Shown here in pieces: positions 53,255-64,000 of a stretch of 64,000 nt of DNA. Numbering within the stretch: the stretch's first letter is position 1; every line of letters begins with the position of its first letter. A model generated the notes under the pieces. That model saw only the letters and a program-made list of their open reading frames with translations, was not told where the DNA came from and searched no databases. Source of the stretch: Antedon mediterranea (Eukaryota; Animalia; Echinodermata). The position numbers and the translations under genes are program-made. Location of the stretch: contig NC_092678.1 in assembly GCF_964355755.1 (NCBI RefSeq), forward strand, positions 760,422 through 824,421, read 5' to 3'.

Positions 53255-56200
53255 GTGATGATGACGATGATGATGATATGTGTATGTTTGTGATAATGAT
53301 CTGATGATGTATTATGAACTTAAAGAGAAATAAATATTACTTTTGGCTTGACTTTGACTGTGAACCAATTATAAAGAAAATGTTTTACTCTCAGTACAGT
53401 GTTTACCTCAGCTTCAGGCCCAGCTTTGCAGTCATAATAACACTGGCACACAGCAGTGTACAGGGTTGACCTCCAAGGCAGGTATCTGACTGCTAACAAG
53501 GGTACTGAGTTCTCCATACACATACAAGCCCACAACAGGTACTCCAACACCTACAACATAACAAATATGTTAATATATAACACCTAAATAATTTCATGTC
53601 CTTTGATTGGACGATTGTGGGTCACATGGCATGCAATAGTATCATATTTTAACAGTTCTTAACATTACAATTTGTATTTCATACTCCTTAGGATCTACGC
53701 ATTGTGCATATCTCATGTTTAGCTTAAAGAATAGGAATTTTTCGATTTGAGATGGCCTAGGATCTACACATTGTTCTATGGATCATGACATAGAATCCTC
53801 TGAGTGTATCCACATGCGCACAATATGATTCCTAGGTCATCAAAAGTAGCTTCTTAATGCTTTACCTTAGAGGAATGGCCTAGAGTCATCATGTGTCTTG
53901 AAACACTGTAAATATGGATAGTACCTGAAAGACAGGTAATATTAATACAACTTATTACCTCTTTCATATCAACTAGAAAAACTCCAAAGACATGTCATGG
54001 GTGTTTTCCGAGTGATCTTACCCACTATTGATCTTATGATCACTTGGGAAAAAGCTCACGATGTTATACAGATATCTGAACAGTAAATATTAATACAACC
54101 TAATTTACTTATTTCAGATGAAAAACATAACAAATGCATCAAATTAATCAGTATACCATAGTTACAGAAACTACAGACAGACAGACGTTTATTTCATTCT
54201 GTCTGTTATTTCAGCAGGTTGGTAATAGCACTGTGTCTTGGTAGTTGATATGCTTGCTTACAAATCCCAGGGTCTTCATTCTGTCCGTTATTTCAGCAGG
54301 TTGGTATTAGCACTGTGTCTTGGTAGTTGATATGCTTGCTTACAAATCTTTGTTATTAAGTCTTTGGTTCAAATTCTGTCAAAGTTCCAGGATTTTTCTG
54401 ACAGTCGACAATACACAGGTTTAGAAAGCATGGATTTCTCATATCATAATTGATCATGACGTGAGTTGGATGGTATTCAAGATTTTTTAAATAAGCAAGA
54501 ATTTAATAAGTTTGTTTTACTTAATTATTAACTTACCATTGTACACTAACCAACAAAGCGTTTCTCTGTTGAGAACAATTTGAGTAATGAGACGAAGAAA
54601 GGCGAGAAGTTTGAGACATTTGCTCACAGATTCTGTGTTTTGCAGCTTAGAATCAGATTGTAACACTAACTGGTAGTTGCAGATGCTTTTACCATACAGA
54701 GCACGAAACTAAAACATAGCCAGATAAAACAAAGTATGACAACAATTTAATCTTACTTAAGTCATCAACAGATATGGTTAAACTTTATTCCTTCCTTCAC
54801 AGGGAATTCACAAGTTCAAGAATATAATAATGATGAAATGAGAAACATTAAAAATTTAAGAAAGAAAAACATCAAACAGATTATCTATGAAAATGTTCAT
54901 AATAATATCGTATCCAAGTAGGAATAAAAAGGGTGTTCTTTCTTTACGCAGCATAGTTTATTTAATTTTAGTCTGGTAATGATATTTGGAATTTGTCATT
55001 AACCCTTGACATTTGATTCCTATCCTGTAAAATCACATCACGTATTATTTGGGACCTTTTGCAAAACCTACGATTATGACTACCCATTGATACATTGTGT
55101 CAAACCTGTGTCAAGGGTCAAGGAATCCTAATGACCTCCAGACAGTAAATATAAGGCTCCACATTTATCAAGTTGAATATAATGTTTATTGAATGGATGC
55201 GAGACTATGGTATCCTTACAGTTAAACTTGCATGATCAGTTTCCAAACCATCTGGAAAGAAGATGTGTTTGACAGATTTGATATCAACTATATCTTCAAT
55301 ATGTTGATCTCCAAACTCATCTAGATATTGACCATAACACTGCCAAACAGCCAGGTTGTACTCCTGAAATATTTTATTTGAACCATATTTAATTAGGGTG
55401 ACCCATCCAGCAATTGCTGATCATTTGGGACCCTCAGTCTACAGTGGTTTAATGCACAGGGCAAAGGCCCCTGCTTTAGCACTCCTAAAGGGGCCCTTCG
55501 ACGCTGGGTAGTTGCATTGAACTGCTCATACTCTTGGCCCCTATAAGCTCCGAGGGCCCTGGGTTTAGTCAGTGAGTAATATGTATTATAAATCTATGTG
55601 TACATTCAACTCTAGTCTCCCAATAATGTAAACACTTGGTTGGGCATAATAGGTGTGGTTTCACAGACATTCTGATAATCTAGTAGTATGTTATTACTAA
55701 TGGTAAACCAGACCTTTGGGTTTTGAGAGAGTTTCCAGAGAGTCCAGTATTTGGGAGGAGAAGACTGTATGAAGTTATATACATTAGTACATCATCAGCA
55801 GAGGCCTACGTAACTTAGTACTTACTTTAATTGAAACAAGAAAATCACCCATTTCAATTAGTTTTTGCTGGTATAAAACTTTTGGCAGTCGACCTTCAAA
55901 TGAGTTCCACAATTTGAATAGTGAATCAGACCTTTTATGTACAAAAGAAATTGTTTAAACATTTATATGAATGGCCAGTGCCATTCCTTTTTAACGCCAC
56001 AGTCAAAAACTCATGCCTCCTATTCCTAATCCTATCTATAATGTCAGCCTACGCCTACCATAGGTAGAGGCATTAATTGAGTTGCAATTAAGTAGGGCTT
56101 GCCTAAATAGACTTGTTTATTAATATCCTAGCTAGTAGGCTAGGGCCTATGCCTAGGCCTATTCATTATTTATTATTAATAATAATAATACTAGGCCTAG

Positions 56201-56586
56201 GCTAGGCCTAATATTTAAAAGCTAGGCCTAGGCCTAGGTTGAGATTATTTATTTAGGCCTAGTTTTAGAGATTATTTACATATTTTGTTATTAAATAAGG
56301 AGGTCAAAAAATATTTATTTTTGCGAGATTTCAGCTAGGCTTAGGCCTATCGTACTCGCATAAAACCACAGGGGAAGAATCAATCTCACCCGCGAGACGT
56401 TGATTGAGCCTCGGCCTTCCGTCCATGTTTGGTCTTTCCCACAGACGATGTTTTTCTTATTAATTGTCGGAAAAGTTTAGATTCTTCGTTGAATGCATTA
56501 ATCACGGGGTTAGATTTACTATCATAGAAGTTAGATGTTGGTAGTTTTTGGGTAAGAACAGCTTTATGCTGTAAGGTTGCAGACAT
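12231..56586 (-). CDS. CFAP54: Cilia- and flagella-associated protein 54 (central-pair C1d projection component), complete multi-exon gene
   Basis: Dozens of GT-AG exons translate to recognisable CFAP54 segments: EYNLAVWQCYGQYL, LLAVRYLPWRSTLYTAVCQCYYD, YKRTVFDTRKRPK..LPWPRTPVEKLL, YVFAVAAYTVDGKLIGGSIG, RGQHWTLLQNAARAMWN, CGMWGCLLGAILASKIAQ and the C-terminal IPFDVSL..FDP. Exon 1 is 56390-56586, exon 2 is 55826-55931 and the last exon is 12231-12371 (TAG). The junctions I checked are in frame; not every exon was checked. Confidence 0.9.
15234..15342. mobile_element. MITE family A copy (TIR AGCTCTGTCTACACTAT), TAA flanks on both sides
   Basis: TAA-AGCTCTGTCTACACTAT...ATAGTGTAGACAGAGCT-TAA. 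A 3-bp TAA duplication is typical of PIF/Harbinger-type MITEs. Confidence 0.8.
15640..15810 (+). mobile_element. 3' remnant of a non-LTR retrotransposon ORF2 (Rex1/Babar- or L2-like C-terminus)
   Basis: Translates as HPLHQHYVWLRRGKRVRSTLCRTNRYLNSFVP, matching the recalled HPL...R..RTNR..NSF.P LINE C-terminal motif. Confidence 0.65.
16503..16686. mobile_element. MITE family C (imperfect TIR TAAAGGYCAACTYRGACRGYGTCGTAC); second copy at ~47649-47760
   Basis: Inverted termini and a shared internal GACCTAAAAACTA motif in both copies. Confidence 0.6.
17287..17405 (+). repeat. Unclassified dispersed repeat (core AATCAAAACGGTACTGGGTTTGGTCTACTAGCGTTCCTGCT); other copies at ~28710-28770 (+) and ~45690-45802 (-)
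   Basis: Three recognisable copies in this window. Confidence 0.7.
19403..19624 (-). repeat. 24 bp tandem array carrying 9 copies of a CFAP54 splice acceptor (TCTGTCACTCATTTTACAG|AACT)
   Basis: CTGTAAAAT (+) recurs at 19408, 19432, 19456, 19480, 19504, 19528, 19552, 19576 and 19598. The unique exon sequence starts at 19407. Confidence 0.9.
20121..24018. repeat. 3.9 kb GC-rich satellite, 38-41 bp unit GGCCCCTAGGTAGTTGCATTGGGGCTGCTCATGCTCTGG(G), intronic in CFAP54
   Basis: About 100 units that differ mainly in G/C homopolymer length. Confidence 0.97.
25826..26100 (+). mobile_element. Deu/Nin-domain SINE copy; others at ~31003-31240, ~36824-37055 (partial) and ~29050-29260 (partial)
   Basis: Core GTCTTCTCGGATAARRACTATAAACCGTAGGTCC...CACTTTAAAGAACCT...TTCGA..GAGYAGG resembles the recalled Deu domain of AmnSINE1-type SINEs, preceded by a degenerate tRNA-like head. 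Confidence 0.65.
26262..26834. mobile_element. Non-autonomous Helentron-type (HINE/DINE-1-like) element
   Basis: Starts AACTAGA..ACTCCGAGAG..ACCTCCGCC, has TGACCTTGACC motifs and a CA-rich microsatellite, and ends ACCTCCTTGGCGGAGGTAA (hairpin plus subterminal inverted repeat). A second copy lies at 60622-61301. Confidence 0.65.
31697..31950. mobile_element. Tc1/mariner-type MITE (TA-CAGTCAACTCTC...GAGAGTTGACTG-TA) whose right end is tandemly triplicated
   Basis: TIR and TA flanks are visible. The ~60 bp right terminus is repeated 3 times. A degenerate relative may lie near 55601-55770. Confidence 0.7.
34286..34417. mobile_element. MITE family A copy with TAA flanks
   Basis: TAA-AGCTCTGTCTACACTATCAAA...TTTGATAGTATAGACAAAGCT-TAA. 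Confidence 0.8.
34848..35587 (-). repeat. 37 bp tandem array (about 20 copies) of a CFAP54 exon 3' end plus splice donor (..GCATACAAAGAAG|GTAAGCACTCTT)
   Basis: Exon 35558-35650 encodes ..ATLPSRHAYKE. Every unit repeats the exon end and AAG|GTAAG. Confidence 0.92.
35865..36030 (+). mobile_element. Degenerate RTE-clade LINE 3' remnant interrupted by a collapsed MITE-A hairpin (35933-35965)
   Basis: Translates as RKRKRDKTEVRWRDDLRK...ERSKWRALE, similar to the RTE ORF end (KRPRGRP..RW.DDL...DR..WR). Confidence 0.5.
37167..37392 (-). repeat. 79 bp triplication of a CFAP54 exon 3' end plus donor (ATACAG|GTAAGT)
   Basis: Donor GT positions at 37331, 37252 and 37173. The exon encodes AVVQCYGLLAPIIHYKIPSVPVIQ. 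Confidence 0.9.
39085..39219. mobile_element. MITE family B (TIR ~CTTGGTTYYCACTAG, internal TTGACCAATCAC...GTSATTGGTCA palindrome); other copies at ~3765-3860, ~11155-11235 and ~33583-33720
   Basis: Imperfect palindromic elements sharing the GACCAATCACAA/GTGATTGGTC core. Confidence 0.65.
39415..39540 (-). repeat. 42 bp triplication of a CFAP54 splice acceptor plus exon start (TGTGTTTTTTTTGTAG|GTTGGTTGGTACTCC)
   Basis: Three copies exactly 42 bp apart. The exon encodes VGWYSLFGCTSAGSNVKVRLSDYNIPGTGQQ. Confidence 0.9.
41737..41879. mobile_element. MITE family A, most complete copy (~143 bp near-palindrome); about 12 full or partial copies in the window
   Basis: AGCTCTGTCTACACTATCAAA...TGTGATGTGCCC...GGGCACATCACA...TTTGATAGTGTAGACAGAGCT. 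Other copies lie near 10197, 12422, 15234, 27815, 34286, 35933, 36424, 37590, 41036, 44600 and 63097. Confidence 0.85.
42775..43257. repeat. 24 bp AT-rich minisatellite (AATGATAAGAGTAAAGCTCTATTA), about 20 copies
   Basis: Directly visible; it generates the spurious KSKALLND and NRALLLSF ORFs. Confidence 0.95.
44940..45164 (+). mobile_element. tRNA-derived SINE (tRNA-Gly(TCC)-like head) with A-rich tail; related heads at ~25042, ~54226, ~62995-63066 (-) and ~63180-63258 (-)
   Basis: A-box-like TAGCTTGGTGG, GCCTTCCAA anticodon-like loop and B-box GGTTCAATCC, present in several diverged copies. Confidence 0.65.
47814..52869. repeat. 5 kb purine-rich satellite, 25 bp unit TGAAGGGATAGACAAGTAGGCTAAA (about 200 copies), intronic in CFAP54
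   Basis: Directly visible with a constant 25 bp period and a few recurring point variants. Confidence 0.98.
53192..53277. repeat. (GAT)n microsatellite
   Basis: Directly visible. Confidence 0.95.
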
Positions 56587-56677
56587 TTTACGAAACCTTT
56601 CAATCGCATTGCCACAAAATTAAAATCGTCAGGCAGTAGTTTATAATTGAACTGCGGCTGCGCACTACTTGCTTTTT

Positions 56678-56686
56678 GTTGCTATG
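56678..56686. promoter_or_regulatory. Candidate RFX X-box half-site (GTTGCTATG) about 90 bp upstream of the CFAP54 ATG
   Basis: Matches the left half of the GTTGCYATGGYAAC consensus. RFX control of ciliary genes is established, but the right half is poor. Confidence 0.35.
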
Positions 56687-57459
56687 TGTTAAGTTCATAC
56701 TTAATGGTTCAATGAGCACATTGTATAACGCCTTTTGTAATATACTTTTATTACATTTTTTAACATAATTTATACATTAAAAGTCTTATAAAAATGATTA
56801 TTTATGATGAACTAATATTTTGTATTGTACTAATAAATTAATAAAAACATTGTAACGCATTTAGTAGTAAATTTAAGTTACCTTTGATGGATTACTTACA
56901 GGAAAATAATAAGTAACAGTTATGTAACAGTTATGTAATACAATAAAACTGTATTATTAAAATACTGTAAGCTCCACGTTTTGTACACAAAAAGTACATA
57001 ATTCAAAGGGTGGAATTTGAATTTTGTGAAATACATTTATTGAAAAATTGCTGTTTTTCATAAATTTCAATCCATTTTTATGGTTCAAAACATAGATTAA
57101 ATGTAATGCAATATCTATAAAAAAATCTTTACACAATAATTATAGTACCGGCTTATTTCTACAATGCATTTGGAGTCTAACCGTTTGTTTTAACATTACA
57201 TTATCTCCAATGAGATAGATTAAAAATAAATAGAGGACCGCATACAAAAATAGTTTGTAGAGCTAGCTATTGGTTTGAAAAAATGATGTTTGTTTTGATA
57301 ATATTTTGACAGGACTTAAAGTAATTTAAGTTAAATCAAATTAACTAAAACATTTTTACAACAAAAGTATTTGTAAAATTACGACGGATAGTTTCACATA
57401 AATTAATAAATGTATGAGATTACAAAAAGTTAAATGTTATAAATTAATATAAAAATGAA

Positions 57460-57700
57460 TATAGAGTATCACGGTGTGACATCACAACGATAGAGAGCGC
57501 TGCATGGTTGCTAGCCAACCAAAAAATGTGTTAAACGCTACTATAAAAACAAATATTTAGTGATCTTTCGAAATTTTAGTTTGTTTTTATTGAAAATTAT
57601 TAATTATGTTTTCAAATGACTACTTCAATAAGCCTATTCCAAACCATTGGTGACCTTGGAGCCACCCACTGTCGTGACGTCAGCACCGTGATACTCTATA
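57460..57700. mobile_element. MITE with TIR TATAGAGTATCACGGTG between BRK1 and CFAP54
   Basis: 17 bp perfect inverted termini extending imperfectly to about 30 bp. Confidence 0.7.
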
Positions 57701-57900
57701 CTTAAGAAAATTTACAATTACAGTATTAACAAACGGTAGATTTATAGTATAATAATATATACATAATCCAAGATTCCTTGTTCATATTATCTTTTGTTGT
57801 TATGCTCGAAATTTGTTACATGGTGAAATGTTGTATTTCATTTGCGGACGACGATCGGTGCCAATTGACCGTCGATGTTTTACATATATTGTCCGTAGAA

Positions 57901-58636
57901 TCAAATCATTGTATCCCCTCTTGTAACCTGAAAAAAAAATAATAACAGAAATTAAAAGTACAAAATAAAAACCATGATACTGTTTAAGAACGTGAAAAGA
58001 AAGTAGTATATATAGTATAGATAAGATAGGCAATTTGATGAAAATATACCCTTGCTTCAATATATTCCACTCTCCTTTCCAAAGATGTCAATTTTTCATT
58101 TAACAATGTCAGTCGAGATCGGCATGATATATCTGTATATAAAAAAAGTTATTCATAGATAAATGAAAATCATGGCTTTAAATAATAATAAACAATTTAT
58201 ATTTAAATTAAAGTACAAAAAATAATGATAATGATATGATGTATTATCATTATTGTAAGATATGTAGGGCTACTACTACTAGTAATAGACATGATGATTA
58301 TTATTTCGTCATCATAGTCGCACATCTAATAGTTCAGGGTTGCTAGACATAGAAGCTAGGCCCACTTAGCAGTAGCCTAGACGGTAGTAAACGACCGTAT
58401 CCACGCCGCCTAGCAGCTGTACACACACAAACCGTTGGTTGGGAGTGGGCTGGGTGGGCTCAGCCGAACGATGCAATAAAACTACTCAAAATACAAGCAA
58501 AATAACTACCAAATGAGTTCAGAAAGTCGGCAATTTTCTTGATACTTGTTGTAATTATTTCAATATACTCTCGATTTGCCCAATCTTCATGAATCTGCTT
58601 TTGAACAGCACTTTGCTGCGGCCTAGAAGGTGCCAT
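57901..58636 (-). CDS. BRK1: Protein BRICK1 (HSPC300), WAVE/SCAR complex subunit; exons 58510-58636, 58050-58132, 57901-57927
   Basis: Spliced product is [78 protein letters not shown] (78 aa), with the unmistakable DWANREYIE motif and GT-AG introns. Confidence 0.97.
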
Positions 58637-60201
58637 TTTGTACCTTTTTATTATCCGGAAGTAAATAAATTTAAAAGGCATTACTTATATACTGCCCTCT
58701 ATAGTTTCGATTAGATCAAAACTTTTTTTTGACATAAAATTCGATTACGTTTTTATAAACAAACTGTAAATAGACACAAATGTAGTAGGCGTTTTTCTCT
58801 TCGCATTTCGTGATAAAAACAATAATTGTAAATATAATTAGATTTTGTAGAAAATAAACTCAAAGCGATATGACGATTTTGCAAACGAAAATTAAAGCAA
58901 TTAAATAACGACAAAATGAGTAGGCTATTTATGTAATACTAATTATTATGGCGCGCTTAAAATAACATATGATCAATTATTTACTTAGAAAAATAGATCA
59001 TTATATTTAAAATGAGATTCTGTACGTAGCCAGGCTTTATTTCTTCCTTTTAATTGCAGTACATCACGCAAAGAAGCATATAGAATACACTAAGTATTCT
59101 TAATATCGAACATTTATTTACAAATTGACAAAGTCTAGTACAAAGTGTTAATTAATTGGTAACAAAGGCTGATACGTGATGCTGCATGTAATGTTGAAAT
59201 GTTTATTTAATGCAGTTATTAATTGTGTGACTTAATTAAATTCCAAGTTTGTTTGTTACGTGTTCAAAATGTTTTATTTATTGTGTGGGAGGGACGATTT
59301 TATTCCATGAAACATATCCTTAATTGGTCTGTCGGTTAATTAATAAAACCGATTAACAACAGTTTTCTATTTAAAAGAAAACGATGCAAGTACACAAAAT
59401 AATCTAAATCAGACTCGGCTGTCATGTCGTGTGTATATTACCATGTACAGCGCGCTCTATTTACCGAAGGCAGGCGTGGCGTTCCATATCCAGACTGTTT
59501 GTTGTTGTTTTCGGTGGAAATCACGGTAATCACACAGTCCAGATTATTCCAAGGTTTTTGCTGTTTTTACGACTTTATTATTGAAATCTAGCTAACATGT
59601 TAAACTGTTGGTTGGCGTATGTTGATAACTTCAAATGCAAAGTAAAACAATGAAGTAGTAAGTGGTATTTAGTTTGTTGAATTCGTAGGCCAAAGGCTAG
59701 GCCTAGACTATCGATCGAATGACAGCTGACATATTCTGTCACGACACGGGGTCATGCAGGTTAACTGCCCTGTACCTTGTAATCTGCATGTGTTGGTATT
59801 CTTAATGTTATGCGGGCTGAGAGGTTAGCTATACTACAGTAGTGGGCCTATATAATATTATTTTAATAACCATAACTGTCTTCCATTTGTTTCTTAGATA
59901 AAAAATATTTGTTTTAAATAATAGCATTTTGCATATAGCATATAGCCCTATCTATAATATAAGAATTGCACAATAAATAAAATATGTTATTATATTAGGT
60001 TAGAATGCTACTACAATGAATGACCATGGAGTAAAGAATATTCTTTACTCCATGGAATGACTTACTTTAGCTAAATACTTACATTAATATTTCTATGAAT
60101 TTATTATTCTCAGTTTTGATTGTAAATAAAGAATAACTACTGTATGCTACATAACAGACAATAAGCCTGCATAACCAGTTTGTTCAATATACAGTGTTTA
60201 T

Positions 60202-60474
60202 TATGGAACGCCGTTTACGCAACATTTCGATGATATGAATTTTATGACGCGATATGTGAATGAAATGCATTGATACAGGGTATGAATTGAATGGCGTGAT
60301 ATATGAATGAAATGTTTTGAATTTAATTCTTTGAATTGAATGTTTTGAATGAAGTGTTTTAAATGAAATGTTTTGAATAAAATGTTTTGAATGAAATGCA
60401 TATCGATGCATTTCATTCACATATCGCGTCATAAAATTTATATCATCGAAATGTTGCGTAAACGGCGTTCCATA
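60202..60474. mobile_element. Foldback MITE with ~69 bp near-perfect inverted repeats and an internal TTTGAAT-rich spacer
   Basis: TATGGAACGCCGTTTACGCAACATTTCGATGATAT...ATATCATCGAAATGTTGCGTAAACGGCGTTCCATA, with TA at both ends. Confidence 0.8.
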
Positions 60475-60621
60475 GTTTATTATTATCATATCAATATCAT
60501 TATAGAATCACTTATTGTTATCATTTTAAATTGTTATGGCATATTTGTATGTGTTTATCTGTATTTTATTTTACCTGTTTTCAATGTTGTATTGTTTTAT
60601 GTTTTAAACAAACAAATAAAT

Positions 60622-61301
60622 AAACTAGAAAGCCACTCCGAGAGGGCATACCTCCGCCTACTGTAAAATTCTCCTACATAAAATTTCTCTGGTAAAAAAT
60701 ATATATATATATATTTGTGTGTGTCTTAATGCTGTTTGTGATTTAGGCTAATTTCATTACAAGCATGTGTATGCGAGTTTGGTGTAATGGTTATGTAACA
60801 AGCTTTTCAATTAACAATAGCTTCAGTTGACTAACAATAGAACAGCAACGCGAAAATCAAACGAGTGAATTTGAAAAGAAATAGGTTTTTTAAACTACTC
60901 GCATCAAAAAACGTGCACATTAAATCAAATTATGATTTAAAATTACAAATCACAAATTATAACTCTTGCCTCTTGTTCAAAAATGAAGTTTTTTGGACAA
61001 GTAGTTCTCGAGAAAATAAAATTTCAGTTTACTTGTTACTTTAAGACTGCTCGCCGGCTTTTGAAAAATTCTGTCCTATCTTTTAACACTAGCAGGTCTA
61101 AACAAGTATACTAAAAAGTGGTCCAGAATTGGGAATGTGGTCCCAAATGGTCCCAAAATTTAATGGAATGGTCCTTGACCACATATCTATCTGTCTATTC
61201 ATTTTGGTAAAGATCTTGTAATTACTGCTTGAGTAATCCTGCTAACAAACAAACAAACAAACACACGCTACCGATTACATATACCTCCTTGGCGGAGGTA
61301 A
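60622..61301. mobile_element. Second Helentron-type (HINE-like) element
   Basis: Same termini as 26262-26834, with an (AAAC)n microsatellite near the CCTCCTTGGCGGAGG hairpin. Confidence 0.65.
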
Positions 61302-62514
61302 ATAAAAGGCTTTTGTTTAAATTTATCAAACATTCTTCTTAGCAAAAAATATCTTGTTTCTAAAGCAAATTTTTATTATATATTATATATTTTATACTCT
61401 TAAAATCTTAGAAGACAAAGTCCATTTCATAAGATAAAAAGAACTGGTTTGATACATAAAGCCTTGGTCTTAAGCACTTTCTTAATGAACTATCTTAACC
61501 TAGCAAAAAAGATTGCAATACCAGCCGTAGCCTAGCTAGAGTAAATAATGTATTTTATTCCCTGGATATTAAAGCATAGAACCAATGCATTCATCAACTA
61601 GTTTTACCATTCAATTTCCAATATTTATTTAGATGAATACCTGTAGGCACTTTGTAAACATTGTACTGTAGATAATAATAATACAGACAACAAAGGATAT
61701 AGAGAATATATAGTCATTTGATATATACAATATTCGAGGCAAAATTAACAAAAGTATCAGTTACCTAGCAACCTTTGTCAACACAGACAAAGCTGGAAAT
61801 ATCGTACGAAAATAAATCTTTCCTCTTTTATGTTGCTGTGGTTACGTATTCCATCTGCCATCAGCATTGTCAACAATGTCGATTTTTTTCTTCAATAATT
61901 TTCATGCTGATCTGATAATCCTAATGCCACTACTGTGTCATACTAATGTCACCATCGTGTCAGTCATCCAATTTCCGTAGCACATCTAATGTTAGCCTTT
62001 TTAATTACATTTCTCAAACTACAGTTTTTTTACACAGACGCGTGTAAATAGACAGCATAAATGGATTTTGGACAACTGCAACTTTTTAAAATATATACAA
62101 CATTTCTTCTTTTTTACACTTTCATTAAAGTTTATCCCCACGGTGTCAATATATTAAGAATATGTCCGCTGCTGACTTGTGACATCCAGATTGTAATGAA
62201 CCAACTGATGCCTCGGCCATAAATAACTCTCTTGTGCATAAACTAACAAATTAGAAAACTTCTGCTGCAGGTCTTTCTAAAAATAAAAATTGTACATTCG
62301 TACGTACACTGCTTTTAAGTCCATACTTAAGGCAAGAAATTTAATCTATTGCAATGAAATACGTAAATCAAAAACGCTATTTATGATTTGTAACGCTAAG
62401 AAAATATTTATGTGTTTAAGAATTTTGAAATGATATATTGGATGATTCTTAAATGTATAAATCTAACTAAACACTTTGATACATTATAAACATTCTGATA
62501 AATTATAGAAATCT

Positions 62515-62768
62515 CCAGGGTAATGTACCCACGCCAGGGTAATGTACCCACGCCAGGGTAATGTACCCACGCCAGGTTAATGTACCCACGCCAGGGTAAT
62601 GTACCCACGCCAGGGTAATGTACCCACGCCAGGGTAATGTACCCACGCCAGGATAATGTACCCACGCCAGGGTAATGTACCCACGCCAGGGTAATGTACC
62701 CACGCCAGGGTAATGTACCCACGCCAGGGTAATGTACCCACGCCAGGGTAATGTACCCACACCAGGAT
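62515..62768. repeat. 19 bp minisatellite CCAGGGTAATGTACCCACG (about 13 copies), each unit containing a GGGTA/TACCC mini-hairpin
   Basis: Directly visible. Confidence 0.95.
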
Positions 62769-64000
62769 AAAGAACTTGATTTGTTATTATAGTCTTTGGT
62801 AAAATTTAAAAATTCATTCCAGATTTTAAATGAACAATGCCACGCATGCTTAACCCGGGTGACAGCGAACTTTTCAGTTTCATCATTTGAAGTCGCTTTA
62901 GGAAATGTTTTAAAACTTACAGATGAACTTGCCTTCTTTGTTCTGTTAGGCTTTGTTCTGTTAGGCTTTGTGAGTGGAATAGAAAGTTGTGACCCTTTAG
63001 TTAGCATTGAACCCTGGACCTTGGGATTGGAAGGCAAGCATGTTAATCACCAAACTTTAGCTCCAATACAATTAAATTAAATCAAAAACATCTGAATATT
63101 TGGGCACATCACATTTTTTGTCACATAAAGTTTGATAGTGGAGACAGATCTTAATAGGAAGTGAAGTAGAAAAAGTTGTGATCCCTTGTCAGCATTGAAC
63201 CTTGGACCTTGGGATTGGAAGGCAAGCATGTTAACCACCAATCTACCGCTTCACTACAACCTGTCATTCAATCAAAAACATCTGATTATTTCATACTTGT
63301 TTTGAGGAAAAAATCTGTATCTGAAATCTGAAGATGTTTTTTTTGACACTTTATGAGGAAAAGTTGAATTATGTGAATTTGAGCATTTCTCATTATTTTG
63401 TTTGACTGATGTCACATTAGCCAATAGACAGTGATGTTTTTAACGTTTATTCTGACACTTAGTGTCATGGTAACGATAGCTGGAGGATCAGATTGATAAA
63501 ATGTGTGCTTGCTAAAGTTGATATTGCTGCAGGATTAGTAAGAAAGTATTTTAATTGTCATCATTAATATCAAAGTTAGTCATTATAGAGGTGCTTTTAA
63601 ATGCTTGTAATGTACGCCTACAGCATTTCTTGTAGAGGGTGATTGGATTTTATTCAAAAGGGGCTTGTCACAATAGAATTTGTCTTTTTTACAAACATGT
63701 CAGGTTTTAAAATTTAAAGTATCTTTATCGTTAGGATGAATGTGACTTTGACAGCTGCTTGTGAGTGATGACACTTGCAGCTGTATAGTCTACTCAATGT
63801 TGCACATTAATGTTCCTCTCCTATGGAAAAAAATATTTCGTTTGAAGTTGAATAATATCTAAAACACTGATAATACATTTTCTGAGATTCAATTTAATTT
63901 CTATTTGAAATTGGTTTTTGGAGAATAACTTGAACCACAGTGGAATTCAAAATAAAATTATGATGAGTTTGTAGATAAACTTGAAACGTAATTAGGATGC

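Noticed and set aside
60184-60666. Mirror-image ORFs on both strands
   Set aside because: Produced by the foldback element's inverted repeats.
62408-63037. 209 aa minus-strand ORF
   Set aside because: A chimera of a SINE head and a 19 bp minisatellite with no protein-like content.

Overview
AT-rich eukaryotic genomic DNA with GT-AG spliceosomal introns, most consistent with a marine invertebrate (a deuterostome is a guess based on Deu-domain SINEs and gene structure). All recognisable genes are on the minus strand: two tandem 4-exon SLC16/monocarboxylate-transporter-like paralogues (2.5-4.9 kb and 8.2-10.7 kb), a complete multi-exon CFAP54 orthologue (12.2-56.6 kb) and a complete 3-exon BRK1 (57.9-58.6 kb). 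Introns and intergenic DNA are dense in MITEs, SINEs, Helentron-type elements, LINE remnants and tandem arrays of up to 5 kb. Most non-exonic ORFs in the track are artefacts of these arrays. The most notable pattern is that CFAP54 exon boundaries have repeatedly been amplified in tandem: two donors (about 20 and 3 copies), two acceptors (9 and 3 copies), one dispersed acceptor copy and the stop-codon end of the last exon (about 7 copies). Several other arrays are also seeded from pieces of local mobile elements. No prokaryotic system, CRISPR array or bona fide RNA gene was found. All identifications are by eye from recalled family knowledge; no database searches were run.
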